A stretch of DNA of 64,000 nucleotides, taken from the sequence record DRR378314_807; one strand, given 5' to 3'. The position numbers and the translations under genes are program-made. Shown here piece after piece: positions 1 to 8,873 of the stretch. The notes beneath the pieces were generated by a model, which was not told where the DNA came from, searched no databases, and worked only from the letters and a program-made list of their open reading frames with translations. Position 1 is the first letter of the stretch. Each line of letters opens with the position of its first letter.

Positions 1-40
1 AGCCTTACAGGGACGTACTTGCAGGCGTCTCTCTGAGCCG
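1..40. repeat. possible end of an intergenic REP/MITE-like repeat, truncated by window start
   Basis: CTTACAGGGACGTACTTGCAGGCGTC resembles, from memory, dispersed intergenic repeats of marine gammaproteobacteria. It lies just past the nhaD stop. Only one copy is seen in this window. Confidence 0.3.
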
Positions 41-78
41 GGAACCTTAATCGCAAGAGAGTCCTTTCCCCTTCCCCG

Positions 79-1512
79 CTAGCTGAGGAAGGTGGCTTGG
101 TTTAGCCATAGGTGTAGCAGGATGCTGGCTGCGTAGCCTATTGCTATTACCGGTGTCCATTTCAGGTGCGACATAAAGGTGTAGTAGCCTCTGGCTTGTC
201 CCATTAAGGCAACGCCTGATGCGGAACCGATAGAGAGCAGGCTGCCGCCGGTACAACAGGCCAGGGTTATTAGCAGCCAGTGTCCGGTGGACATTTCAGG
301 GTCCATGGACAGTACTGCGAACATCACAGGAATGTTATCCACAAGAGCGGAGACCACGCCTAGAATACTGTTTGCTATGGTTGGGTCTAAACCACCGTAA
401 AGAGACTCGGACAGTAAACCTAAATAACCCATAAAGCCTAAACCGCCAACGCACAGCACAATGCCGTAGAAAAACAGCAAGGTGTCCCATTCGGCACGGG
501 AAACCCGGCTGAATACATCGAATGGCACGACACCACCAAGTTGTTGCAGGCGTTTTTGGTCGCCTTCGCGTTCTGCCATTGCTCGCTTGCGCGCCAGTGA
601 TCCCGGCAGGGTCATACGCAGGAAGTAACCGAAGAACTGCAAGTAGCCCAGCCCCATCATCATGCCGAGCACCGGCGGTAAATGCAGCCAAATGTGGCAT
701 GCAACGGCGGTTGCGACTGTTAACAAGAATAAGAACGTAATGCGCAGGGCTCCGCGCTTAAGCTCGACTTCGGTATGCAATGTTGTCGGACTTTTGTTCT
801 CAATAAAGAAGCTCATGATAACTGCGGGTATTAAGTAGTTCACTAACGCGGGTACAAACAGCTGTAAGAACTCGGTAAATTCTACCTTGCCGGACTGCCA
901 CACCATAAGCGTGGTTATGTCCCCAAACGGGCTGAAGGCACCGGCGGCATTAACCGCTATAACAATACTGGAACAGCAAAGCGCGACGAACTTTTTATTG
1001 CCTTCGGCAACTTTCATGACCACAGCCGACATTAACAGAGCGGTAGTCAGGTTGTCCGCAATAGGCGAAATGAAAAACGCTAAAAAGCCGGTTATCCAGA
1101 AGAGTTTTCTATAGGTAAAGCCCTTTTTCATCAGCCAGGCGCTGAGCGCATCGAACAAGCGTCGCTCTTCCAGAGCATTGATGTAGGTCATTGCCACCAG
1201 CAAAAACAACATCAACTCTGCGAACTTTAATAAGTTTTCCCGGAACGCTTCTTCCGCCAGAACGGCATTGTCGCCACTATAAACAAACCCTATGAGGATC
1301 CAGATAACCCCTGCCGCAACCAGCACAGGCTTGGATTTTCTCATGTGCAGTTTCTCTTCTCCCATCACCAAAATATACGCAAGAATAAAAATGACGATGG
1401 CAGCGTAACCAACGGTCGATGAGGTGAGATCGATACGGTCAGCAGAGGGTTCTGCAGCCAGCACTGATACCGAAAACAGCAGCGAAATGACGGTAAACAG
1501 TAGTTTTTTCAT
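79..1512 (-). CDS. nhaD: Na+/H+ antiporter, NhaD family
   Basis: 477 aa polytopic membrane protein with motifs EEKLHMRKSKP, SPIADNLTT, FSPFGDITT, DNIPV and GGSLLSIGSASGVALMG. Confidence 0.92.
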   Translation of the reverse strand: MKKLLFTVISLLFSVSVLAAEPSADRIDLTSSTVGYAAIVIFILAYILVMGEEKLHMRKSKPVLVAAGVIWILIGFVYSGDNAVLAEEAFRENLLKFAELMLFLLVAMTYINALEERRLFDALSAWLMKKGFTYRKLFWITGFLAFFISPIADNLTTALLMSAVVMKVAEGNKKFVALCCSSIVIAVNAAGAFSPFGDITTLMVWQSGKVEFTEFLQLFVPALVNYLIPAVIMSFFIENKSPTTLHTEVELKRGALRITFLFLLTVATAVACHIWLHLPPVLGMMMGLGYLQFFGYFLRMTLPGSLARKRAMAEREGDQKRLQQLGGVVPFDVFSRVSRAEWDTLLFFYGIVLCVGGLGFMGYLGLLSESLYGGLDPTIANSILGVVSALVDNIPVMFAVLSMDPEMSTGHWLLITLACCTGGSLLSIGSASGVALMGQARGYYTFMSHLKWTPVIAIGYAASILLHLWLNQATFLS

Positions 1513-1654
1513 AGCGTTTTTTCAGTGCAGTTCAGAACCAAAATATAAACTGCACCAACTCTCCTTGTTGGTTGGTGGTTAAGAATGAAAGTGTTTGATT
1601 ATTCCGGCAGGAATTTTCGCGCGGAGATTACCACAAAACTCGAATTCTGAGAGC

Positions 1655-1687
1655 TACAGAAAGAGGGAAAACTCATCCCTCTCTGTA
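1655..1687 (-). terminator. hairpin downstream of nrdD, probable terminator
   Basis: TACAGA(AA)GAGGGA...TCCCTCTCTGTA inverted repeat just past the nrdD stop; the U-tract is weak. Confidence 0.45.
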
Positions 1688-1703
1688 AGCATTTTGTGCC
1701 AGT

Positions 1704-3542
1704 TTAGCTTGCTCGACGCAATACCCTATTGGATTGTGCCGCACCCACAGCAACCTCGGCTGGTTGCTTGCGGTGATAATGACGCAAATGGTGCTCTTTT
1801 CGACGGCCTGCACTAAAAGCAGACACGCGTTTCAAGTAACCAATAACCCGGGTGCCGTAGTCGATGTCTTCAGAGCCACAACTGGAACATTCACTTAAGG
1901 TGCGTTTATCAATCTGCTCGCAGGCATTGCAGATAGTAATTTTGACGTTAATACAGAAATAATTACAGCCGGTTCTTGCCGCAATATTTAGTAAGGACAA
2001 ATACCCTGAGGTATTGAGCTTTTCATCAAGGTTTAAGTGCAGAGCCGAACCGCCGTCCAGGTATTCAATCAATTCCTTTCCGTGAAGAACCAATTTATCC
2101 AGTGCATTAGCCTCTTCGTCTTCTACTGCATAAAAATATGAGTTGTAGCAGTCACGGGTCACTTTATAGCCGTCAGCTCTGTCCCATTTAGCGTTTTTAA
2201 CACCCAGGTTTTCTGCTGGCACAAACTCAGTGTTGAACATATAACCGTATTCTTTTTTCGCCGCTTTATTGGCGTCGTAAATCACTTTTAAATGGCTTTG
2301 TACAAAGTCTTTATAAGCCTGGTTGTTACCTGCAATGATTCCCTGCGATTCCGCCGCTTCAACCATGCCGTTAATGCCTATAGTCAGGAATTGCTTGTCC
2401 AGGGTAATAAAGCCCGCGTCGTACACGGTTAATAAGCCCGCTTCCTTGTATTCTTCCATCAGCTTTCGGTAAGCCACCTGATATTTGTGAATTTTGCTGA
2501 TTTCTTCCTCTAAATCTCGGCCATCCTGCACCAAACGGTTCATGTTCATGGTAATGACATTAATAGAGCCTGTCGCGACACCACCGGCGCCCAAAGTGTA
2601 GGAGAACGTATTGTCGCTAATTTCACTACGTAGCCGGCAACAGGACGCTAACGAGTCGGCATTGTAGGACAAGTAGACAAAGAAGGAATTACCGCTTGCC
2701 ATTTCCCCGGCAATTTTTTCGGCAAACAACTGATCTTTGCACTTTCCGTTGTCCGTCAGCATAGCCACTGTTACCACAGGGAAGGTCAAAATCGTCTTTT
2801 CCCGTTCCTTGTTAAACCAGTCCAGGAAGAAATCCTGTAGTGTGCTCACCGAGCTCCACTCTGGCTTAGTGAAGTCCGCAGGGAAAACAAACTCACCAAA
2901 CATACTGTCAAAGTAATGCTGGTCGTAAATAGAGATATTCCAGAACACACTCTGGTAGCCGCGTGCTGCCGCAGGCTGATTCAGCGCATACACCACGTGC
3001 TGCAGATGGTTTTCAATCTGGTGACGATGGGTATTTAAATAATCGTCGCCGTAGTCTTTACGGGCAAAGTAATCAAAGTAAGTTAAGAACTCGACCGTGG
3101 CAACGGCTCCGGCAAACTGCGAGCTCACGGCAAAAACAAAGTTAACAAAGGTGCCGCAAAACGATTCCAGGTGCTTGGGTGCCTGAGATTCACCGCCCAG
3201 CTTGGTTAAGCCATCACGTAAGAACGGGTACATAGTGACCGAAACACAGTAAGGTTTAAGGCTGGTTTCGTCATGCACGTAAATTTCATGGTCTTCAATT
3301 TGACGAACGTATTCTTTTGCCAGCTCGTTACCAAAAAGCTCACTGATTTTATTGCTGACTTGCTTACGGTTAACCTGCACAAAAAAGTCTTTCATTAACT
3401 CGGCTTCAAGCGTTGCTATATTCTTTTGTGTGACATTGGCGTTGGCATCCATTTTCGAGCCATCGGCCGCGTTTTGAGCATGCAGATACTCGTGAATGAA
3501 ATCGACTTTGCCAGTGACTTGTTCCTCGTTTAAGCGCAACAT
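1704..3542 (-). CDS. nrdD: anaerobic (class III) ribonucleoside-triphosphate reductase
   Basis: IYVHDE, SCCRL thiyl-radical loop, C-terminal CxxC...CxxC zinc site and glycyl-radical loop TRVIGYL. No obvious N-terminal ATP cone. Confidence 0.93.
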   Translation of the reverse strand: MLRLNEEQVTGKVDFIHEYLHAQNAADGSKMDANANVTQKNIATLEAELMKDFFVQVNRKQVSNKISELFGNELAKEYVRQIEDHEIYVHDETSLKPYCVSVTMYPFLRDGLTKLGGESQAPKHLESFCGTFVNFVFAVSSQFAGAVATVEFLTYFDYFARKDYGDDYLNTHRHQIENHLQHVVYALNQPAAARGYQSVFWNISIYDQHYFDSMFGEFVFPADFTKPEWSSVSTLQDFFLDWFNKEREKTILTFPVVTVAMLTDNGKCKDQLFAEKIAGEMASGNSFFVYLSYNADSLASCCRLRSEISDNTFSYTLGAGGVATGSINVITMNMNRLVQDGRDLEEEISKIHKYQVAYRKLMEEYKEAGLLTVYDAGFITLDKQFLTIGINGMVEAAESQGIIAGNNQAYKDFVQSHLKVIYDANKAAKKEYGYMFNTEFVPAENLGVKNAKWDRADGYKVTRDCYNSYFYAVEDEEANALDKLVLHGKELIEYLDGGSALHLNLDEKLNTSGYLSLLNIAARTGCNYFCINVKITICNACEQIDKRTLSECSSCGSEDIDYGTRVIGYLKRVSAFSAGRRKEHHLRHYHRKQPAEVAVGAAQSNRVLRRAS

Positions 3543-3544
3543 AA

Positions 3545-4018
3545 TTATTCTCCTGTTTGAAACTTGCAGTTCAATAACTGCCGGGTCCGTAAATCATAAA
3601 AGCGTTGGTTGGTGGTTGGGCTTTCCAGCCCGCCCCGGGCAGCAATCCACGGCCCGGTTTTTAAGTAAGTCAGTTGTTCGCGAAGGGATATAGAGACGCT
3701 TTCATAGCCTGTATACAGGCAGGTCTCCAGCCTTTCGTTTCGTACTTGCTTTAATAGTTTCAGTAGTGCTGCGAGCTGCCATTCACCGCCAAGAAATAAA
3801 ACACAGGTTATTAACCCACGGTATTTTTGCAGCTGCTGTGCCAGATGTTCCTGCGTTAAAGGCGACCCGCTTCCCACCGGCCAGCTATCCACACTGTGGC
3901 AGCCTTTACAGCCAACCGGACAGCCGGTAATGGTGTAGGCTAAGGCAACTTCTCCCGGCACTTCTTGCCAGACAACTTGCTCCGCACTGTAATGTAGGCT
4001 TGTAGGGGAAACCGGCAT
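3545..4018 (-). CDS. nrdG: class III RNR activating enzyme (radical SAM)
   Basis: CPVGCKGCH (CX3CX2C), LGGE, YTG, LKTG and TTNQRFY motifs; 2 bp from nrdD. Confidence 0.9.
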   Translation of the reverse strand: MPVSPTSLHYSAEQVVWQEVPGEVALAYTITGCPVGCKGCHSVDSWPVGSGSPLTQEHLAQQLQKYRGLITCVLFLGGEWQLAALLKLLKQVRNERLETCLYTGYESVSISLREQLTYLKTGPWIAARGGLESPTTNQRFYDLRTRQLLNCKFQTGE

Positions 4019-4021
4019 AAA

Positions 4022-4068
4022 ACACCATATATTGTTATTAATTTAAAAATAATCACTACATATTGTGC
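4022..4068. promoter_or_regulatory. tandem NrdR boxes
   Basis: ACACCATATATTGTTA (4022-4037) and TCACTACATATTGTGC (4053-4068) match acaCwAtATaTwGtgt. They start 31 bp apart, directly upstream of nrdG. Confidence 0.88.
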
Positions 4069-4071
4069 TTT

Positions 4072-4112
4072 AGCATAGTTAAGTCTGTTTCGGGCGCATT
4101 GATCCCGCTCAA
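4072..4112 (-). promoter_or_regulatory. FNR-dependent class II promoter of nrdG-nrdD
   Basis: TTGAT-cccg-CTCAA at 4099-4112 (9/10 to the FNR consensus) and minus-strand -10 TATGCT at 4077-4072, placing the box near -41. Confidence 0.8.
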
Positions 4113-4154
4113 GATTTAAGCGAGAAGAAAGAAATGACAGGAGCCTTAAAGAGA

Positions 4155-4170
4155 TACCCATTAAAGGGTA
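4155..4170. promoter_or_regulatory. NarL/NarP 7-2-7 site
   Basis: TACCCAT-ta-AAGGGTA inverted heptamers (TACYYMT consensus) between the divergent nrdG and qNor genes. Confidence 0.7.
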
Positions 4171-4238
4171 GAAATAACCTTTCGGGTACTTTTAACCATA
4201 AAAGTAAAAACAACCTAATAAACTTAAGTCATAAATAC
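4168..4238 (+). promoter_or_regulatory. array of NorR-type enhancer sites (GT-N7-AC)
   Basis: GTagaaataAC at 4168, GTacttttaAC at 4186, GTaaaaacaAC at 4204 (18-bp period) and GTcataaatAC at 4228, upstream of a sigma54 promoter. Confidence 0.72.
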
Positions 4239-4262
4239 CCTTTTAAAATTAAATTCCTTATT

Positions 4263-4275
4263 TATCAATAAATTA
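4263..4275 (+). promoter_or_regulatory. IHF binding site
   Basis: TATCAA-taaa-TTA is an exact WATCAANNNNTTR match, between the enhancer sites and the sigma54 promoter. Confidence 0.65.
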
Positions 4276-4280
4276 AAATA

Positions 4281-4296
4281 TGGCCTCAATATTGCA
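4281..4296 (+). promoter_or_regulatory. sigma54 (-24/-12) promoter of qNor
   Basis: TGGCCTCAATATTGCA gives GG-N10-GC with TGGC...TTGCA, about 95 bp upstream of the qNor ATG. Confidence 0.8.
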
Positions 4297-4389
4297 CTTA
4301 GATGAATGCATAGCGAATTAATAAAAATTCTCTGCTCATAAATCTATGGAGTAACAATATGAAGCTGTTCAGCATCAAGGAGGTCAATT

Positions 4390-6630
4390 ATGGCCGGTTA
4401 TCGTAAGCTTTGGTGGACGTTAATTGCGGTTCTCGCAATTACCTTTGGACTTTTAGGGTATTTTGGAACGGAAGTTTACCGGGAAGCTCCGCCTATTCCG
4501 GATAAGTTCATGAGTACCAATGGCAAAGTCATTGCAACCGAAGAGTCTGTTTTAGACGGGCAAACCGCCTGGCAGTCTGTTGGTGGCATGCAACTGGGTT
4601 CAATTTGGGGGCACGGTGCTTATCAGGCGCCCGACTGGACAGCTGACTGGCTACACCGCGAACTTCTGGCCTGGCTGGACATTCGCGCCAACGAAGTCTT
4701 TGGTAAACCCTACGAACAGCTAGCGGGCTCGCAGCAAAACCAACTAGAGTACGAGCTAAAAGAAGAGTATCGGACCAATACTTACGATAAAGCTTCAGAT
4801 ACCGTTATTCTAAGCGAACGACGCATTCAGGCCATTGAGCAAACCGGCGAGTATTACTCAAAACTGTTTAGCGATGATCCGGAGCTACGCCCTACCCGCG
4901 TTAACTACGCCATGAAAGAAAATACGCTTCCTTCAGAAGCGCGTCGTGCGGTAATGAACGACTTTTTCTTCTGGACAGCATGGGCCGCGTCGACAGAACG
5001 TTTTGACTCAGATATTACTTATACCAACAACTGGCCACATGAAACCTTGATAGATAACGTGCCGAGCGCGGAAAATATTATCTGGTCAATTGTCAGTGTT
5101 ATTCTCTTAATTGCCGGTGTTGGCTTCTTAATCTGGGCATGGGCGTTTTTACGTCAACACGACGAAGAAGACCCTGTTGCTCCAGAGCATGACCCCATAG
5201 CCAAAATTAAGCTCACGCCGTCACAAAAAGCCTTAGGTAAATACCTGTTTATTGTGGTTGCGTTGTTCTCGCTACAAGTTTTACTGGGTGGCTTAACCGC
5301 ACACTACACAGTCGAAGGACAGGAATTCTACGGCATTAATATTTCAGAGTGGTTCCCCTACTCACTAACCCGTACCTGGCACATTCAGGCCGCTATGTTC
5401 TGGATTGCCACCGGGTTCCTGGCTGCTGGTTTATTCCTTGCCCCAATTATTAATGGCGGTAAAGATCCTAAATATCAGAAACTGGGTGTCGATATCCTGT
5501 TCTGGGCACTGGTGTTAGTTGTTGCTGGTACCTTTATCGGTAACTGGTTAGCCATTGCGCAAATTATGCCGGAGCACCTTAACTTCTGGTTAGGTCACCA
5601 GGGCTACGAATACGTCGACTTAGGTCGCTTATGGCAAATTGGTAAGTTCCTCGGTATCGTTTTCTGGCTGGTACTGATGATGCGTTGTGTTGTCGGTGCA
5701 TTCAAAGTCAAAGGCGATAAGAACTTACTGGCATTATTTACCGCTTCAGTTGTTGCCATTGGCCTATTCTATGGCGCTGGCTTCTTCTACGGCGAACGTA
5801 CTCACATTTCTATCATGGAATATTGGCGCTGGTGGATTGTTCACCTGTGGGTAGAAGGTTTCTTCGAAGTGTTCGCAACGGCGTCACTGGCCTTCATTTT
5901 CCACAGCATGGGCTTAGTTTCCCGCCGCATGGCAACCGTGGCTGCGTTAGCATCTGCGTCACTGTTCATGCTGGGTGGTGTGCCAGGTACTTTCCACCAC
6001 TTGTACTTTGCCGGCACAACCACGCCAGTTATGGCCGTGGGCGCTACTTTCTCAGCGTTAGAAGTGGTACCGCTTATCGTACTGGGCTACGAAGCCTGGG
6101 AAAACTACAGCCTGCAAAAACGCGCAACCTGGATGCAACGCATTAAGTGGCCATTACTATGCTTCGTTGCAGTTGCCTTCTGGAACATGCTTGGCGCAGG
6201 TGTACTCGGCTTTATGATCAACCCACCTATTTCGCTGTACTATGTGCAAGGCTTGAACACTACGCCAACTCACGCACACGCAGCTTTGTTTGGTGTATAC
6301 GGCTTCCTGGCGCTTGGTTTCGTGCTGTTGATTCTGCGCTACATTCGTCCGAACCTGCAATTCGACGAAAAACTGATGAAAATGGCGTTCTGGACCATGA
6401 ACATTGGCTTAGCACTAATGCTCTTCACCAGCTTGTTGCCTGTCGGCTTCATTCAGTTTTACGCCGCTGCCAGCGAAGGCTTGTGGTATGCGCGCAGTGA
6501 AGCCTTTATGCAGCAGCCTCTCTTACAGAACCTACGCTGGTTCCGTACGGTTGGCGACATGGTCTTCATCGTGGGTGCGTTAGGTATCAGCTGGCAAGTT
6601 GTAAAAGGCCTAAAACACAAATCTGATTAA
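4390..6630 (+). CDS. norB: quinol-dependent nitric oxide reductase (qNor, single-subunit NorB/NorZ type)
   Basis: 746 aa with GSIWGHGAYQAPDWTADWLHRE, TNNWP, VHLWVEGFFE, GTFHHLYF and HAHAALFGVYG heme/FeB ligand motifs. Confidence 0.95.
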   Translation: MAGYRKLWWTLIAVLAITFGLLGYFGTEVYREAPPIPDKFMSTNGKVIATEESVLDGQTAWQSVGGMQLGSIWGHGAYQAPDWTADWLHRELLAWLDIRANEVFGKPYEQLAGSQQNQLEYELKEEYRTNTYDKASDTVILSERRIQAIEQTGEYYSKLFSDDPELRPTRVNYAMKENTLPSEARRAVMNDFFFWTAWAASTERFDSDITYTNNWPHETLIDNVPSAENIIWSIVSVILLIAGVGFLIWAWAFLRQHDEEDPVAPEHDPIAKIKLTPSQKALGKYLFIVVALFSLQVLLGGLTAHYTVEGQEFYGINISEWFPYSLTRTWHIQAAMFWIATGFLAAGLFLAPIINGGKDPKYQKLGVDILFWALVLVVAGTFIGNWLAIAQIMPEHLNFWLGHQGYEYVDLGRLWQIGKFLGIVFWLVLMMRCVVGAFKVKGDKNLLALFTASVVAIGLFYGAGFFYGERTHISIMEYWRWWIVHLWVEGFFEVFATASLAFIFHSMGLVSRRMATVAALASASLFMLGGVPGTFHHLYFAGTTTPVMAVGATFSALEVVPLIVLGYEAWENYSLQKRATWMQRIKWPLLCFVAVAFWNMLGAGVLGFMINPPISLYYVQGLNTTPTHAHAALFGVYGFLALGFVLLILRYIRPNLQFDEKLMKMAFWTMNIGLALMLFTSLLPVGFIQFYAAASEGLWYARSEAFMQQPLLQNLRWFRTVGDMVFIVGALGISWQVVKGLKHKSD

Positions 6631-6641
6631 CCCTTAATAAA

Positions 6642-6682
6642 CCAGGCTTCTGCAATCGCTGCAGAAGCCTGGCTTTTCTTTT
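6642..6682 (+). terminator. rho-independent terminator after qNor
   Basis: 13-bp stem CCAGGCTTCTGCA/TGCAGAAGCCTGG with a 5-nt loop, followed by CTTTTCTTTT. Confidence 0.85.
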
Positions 6683-6705
6683 GTGAGGCGTTTACTGGAG
6701 GACGT

Positions 6706-6981
6706 ATGAGCCGCAAACCCGATACCAAAACCGCAATGTATCAATTACTCAATGTAATTCGTAAGCACATCCCTTTTGGCTTAAAAGAAGCGGATATGTG
6801 CCAGGGTATTTGTCGTGGCTGCTCTAAAAAAATGATGGAAATGCTGGATGCTGAAGTCAGCCAATGGCAGGCCGACCTGGACAACGAACTGGCAGAACCA
6901 ACCTTAGCGGACTTAGTTTTTATGGAGAAGTTAGCGCGCCGAACCGAGAAAGTTCTTCACCGCAATAAACTGATGAATTAA
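6706..6981 (+). CDS. small hypothetical protein with CX3CX2C motif
   Basis: GGAGG RBS; 91 aa containing CQGICRGC; fills the gap between qNor and the sensor kinase gene. Confidence 0.75.
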   Translation: MSRKPDTKTAMYQLLNVIRKHIPFGLKEADMCQGICRGCSKKMMEMLDAEVSQWQADLDNELAEPTLADLVFMEKLARRTEKVLHRNKLMN

Positions 6982-7055
6982 TCCGCACTTATTTGTTCCC
7001 CTCTTTCGAAATGCTATATCATGTACCGGAACTTTCACTCAGGACGTCGCCCGGA

Positions 7056-8852
7056 ATGATACGCAACGCTTCTATAATTAATGTCTTCAGAGTATCGCTT
7101 GCGCTTATCGTAATTGTTGCCAGCGCCTCTTCTCTCTCTGCGTTCTGGCTTTTGGAAAAATCAGAGCAGGACGCGGAGTTGATTAACGTTGCGGGCTCAC
7201 ACCGAATGAAAGCCTATAAGTTTGCGCTGCAGCTATCTAGCGGCAAGAAAGTTCAGGCCAGCGAAACGGCGCAGGAAATAGATACACTCTGGGAACAACC
7301 TCTACTTCATCGTCACTTCGTAAAAGCCGGCGGTAGTATTCAACAGCTAGCTAAAGACGCTAGAACCGAATGGCAGCGGGTGCACTCGGAAATAGCAGAG
7401 CAGGATTTTGCTCGCTTTTCCCAGCAACAAAGTAACGCCATAGACAACTATGTGAATCAGCTCGACACTCTGGTTGGCCAGCTGCAAGAGCATTCAGAAA
7501 GACGAATGGAGACGGTTCGTAGCTCGCTGGCTTTAGCCTCATTTTTTATCGTTGCCATATTTTTCTTTTTACTTACCGTGCTAAAACGAAAAATCAACCA
7601 ACCGCTTCGACACCTGCTGGCGGTTTCCAAACGTTTGGGTCAGGGCGACTTTACCGCTAAGTCAAAAATCGATAACGAAGATGAAATAGGCCAGCTCTCC
7701 CGCACAATGAACAAGATGTCGGAAACCGTCAGCTACTTTTACGGTGGTCTTGAACGCCGGGTAGAGCAGCAAACTCAGGAACTGTCACGCAAAAACAAGG
7801 TGTTGTCCTTTCTGTACGATACCGCCCGCTCCATTATCGTGCACAGTTATGACTACAATAATTACCAGCAAGTTATTGAAAAGCTCTACGAAATTGGTGA
7901 AGTAAATGACATTGAGTTATGCCTGCTAACGGAAGAAGGCAACCGCCCGTTTTTGCAACTGCAACCGCGTCCCAGTTCACACGAACCCTGTGAGGCCGGT
8001 GACTGCGCTACCTGCCTTAAAGCAGGCCCTGGTGCTTCGGTAATAGAAGACAAACTGGTTTATCGCTTTGTGCTAAAACGAGAAGATCAAAACTACGGTG
8101 TATTAATTGTTCGCTGCGAACAGGGACAGCCTCTGGCGACCTGGCAACAGCAATTGATGAGTTCCACAGCGGACCAGCTTGCCTTGTCGCAGAGCCTGAA
8201 ATCTGAGGAAGAGCAAGTGCGGCGGCTGGCGTTAATGCACGAGCGTACCGTTATAGCCCGTGAACTGCACGACTCACTGGCACAGGCTTTGTCCTACTTA
8301 AAAATTCAGGTTACGCGGCTACACAAGGGGATTGAGAAGAACGATCGCGCCACGATAGATGATGTCAGTAACGAGCTGCGAGAGGGCCTAAACTCAGCCT
8401 ACCGGCAGTTGCGGGAGTTGCTCACGACCTTCCGCTTAAAAGTAGATGGTTCAGGACTTTACAGCGCATTACAGACGACGGTTAAGCAGTTAACCGAACA
8501 AAGTAATATGGTTGTCCATCTGGATTATCGCCTTAATAATATTCCACTGGTGCCCCACGAAGAAATCCATTTATTGCAAATTATTCGTGAAGCCAGTCAG
8601 AATGCGGTAAACCACAGTCAGGGAAGCGAAGTACACATTAGCCTATCGCAGCCCAGTGGACAGGACGTGGAACTTAAAATTACTGACGATGGCATCGGTT
8701 TACCTGAGAATGCGGAAAAGGTTAATCATTACGGGTTAGCCATTATGCAGGAACGCAGTCGTAATCTTGGTGGTGAAATAAAAATCTCAAGACTGGAAAG
8801 CGGCGGCACGGAAGTTTGCTTCACCTTTACACCGGACTATTTGCTGCAATAG
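7056..8852 (+). CDS. nitrate/nitrite sensor histidine kinase, NarX/NarQ family
   Basis: P-box INVAGSHRM, two TM helices, HAMP, Cys-containing central region, H-box ARELHDSLAQALSY, ATPase DDGIG and HYGLAIMQER. ATG 7056 is preferred over TTG 6993. Confidence 0.9.
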   Translation: MIRNASIINVFRVSLALIVIVASASSLSAFWLLEKSEQDAELINVAGSHRMKAYKFALQLSSGKKVQASETAQEIDTLWEQPLLHRHFVKAGGSIQQLAKDARTEWQRVHSEIAEQDFARFSQQQSNAIDNYVNQLDTLVGQLQEHSERRMETVRSSLALASFFIVAIFFFLLTVLKRKINQPLRHLLAVSKRLGQGDFTAKSKIDNEDEIGQLSRTMNKMSETVSYFYGGLERRVEQQTQELSRKNKVLSFLYDTARSIIVHSYDYNNYQQVIEKLYEIGEVNDIELCLLTEEGNRPFLQLQPRPSSHEPCEAGDCATCLKAGPGASVIEDKLVYRFVLKREDQNYGVLIVRCEQGQPLATWQQQLMSSTADQLALSQSLKSEEEQVRRLALMHERTVIARELHDSLAQALSYLKIQVTRLHKGIEKNDRATIDDVSNELREGLNSAYRQLRELLTTFRLKVDGSGLYSALQTTVKQLTEQSNMVVHLDYRLNNIPLVPHEEIHLLQIIREASQNAVNHSQGSEVHISLSQPSGQDVELKITDDGIGLPENAEKVNHYGLAIMQERSRNLGGEIKISRLESGGTEVCFTFTPDYLLQ

Positions 8853-8873
8853 TGAAAGACACCGTCCACACTC

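Noticed and set aside
1704-4018. nrdD/nrdG as evidence of a prophage
   Set aside because: No phage or integrase genes nearby, and the promoter carries host FNR and NrdR sites.
4300-4320. Possible NsrR box downstream of the sigma54 promoter (AGATGAATGCATAGCGAATT)
   Set aside because: Only one half resembles the NsrR consensus and there is no convincing inverted repeat.
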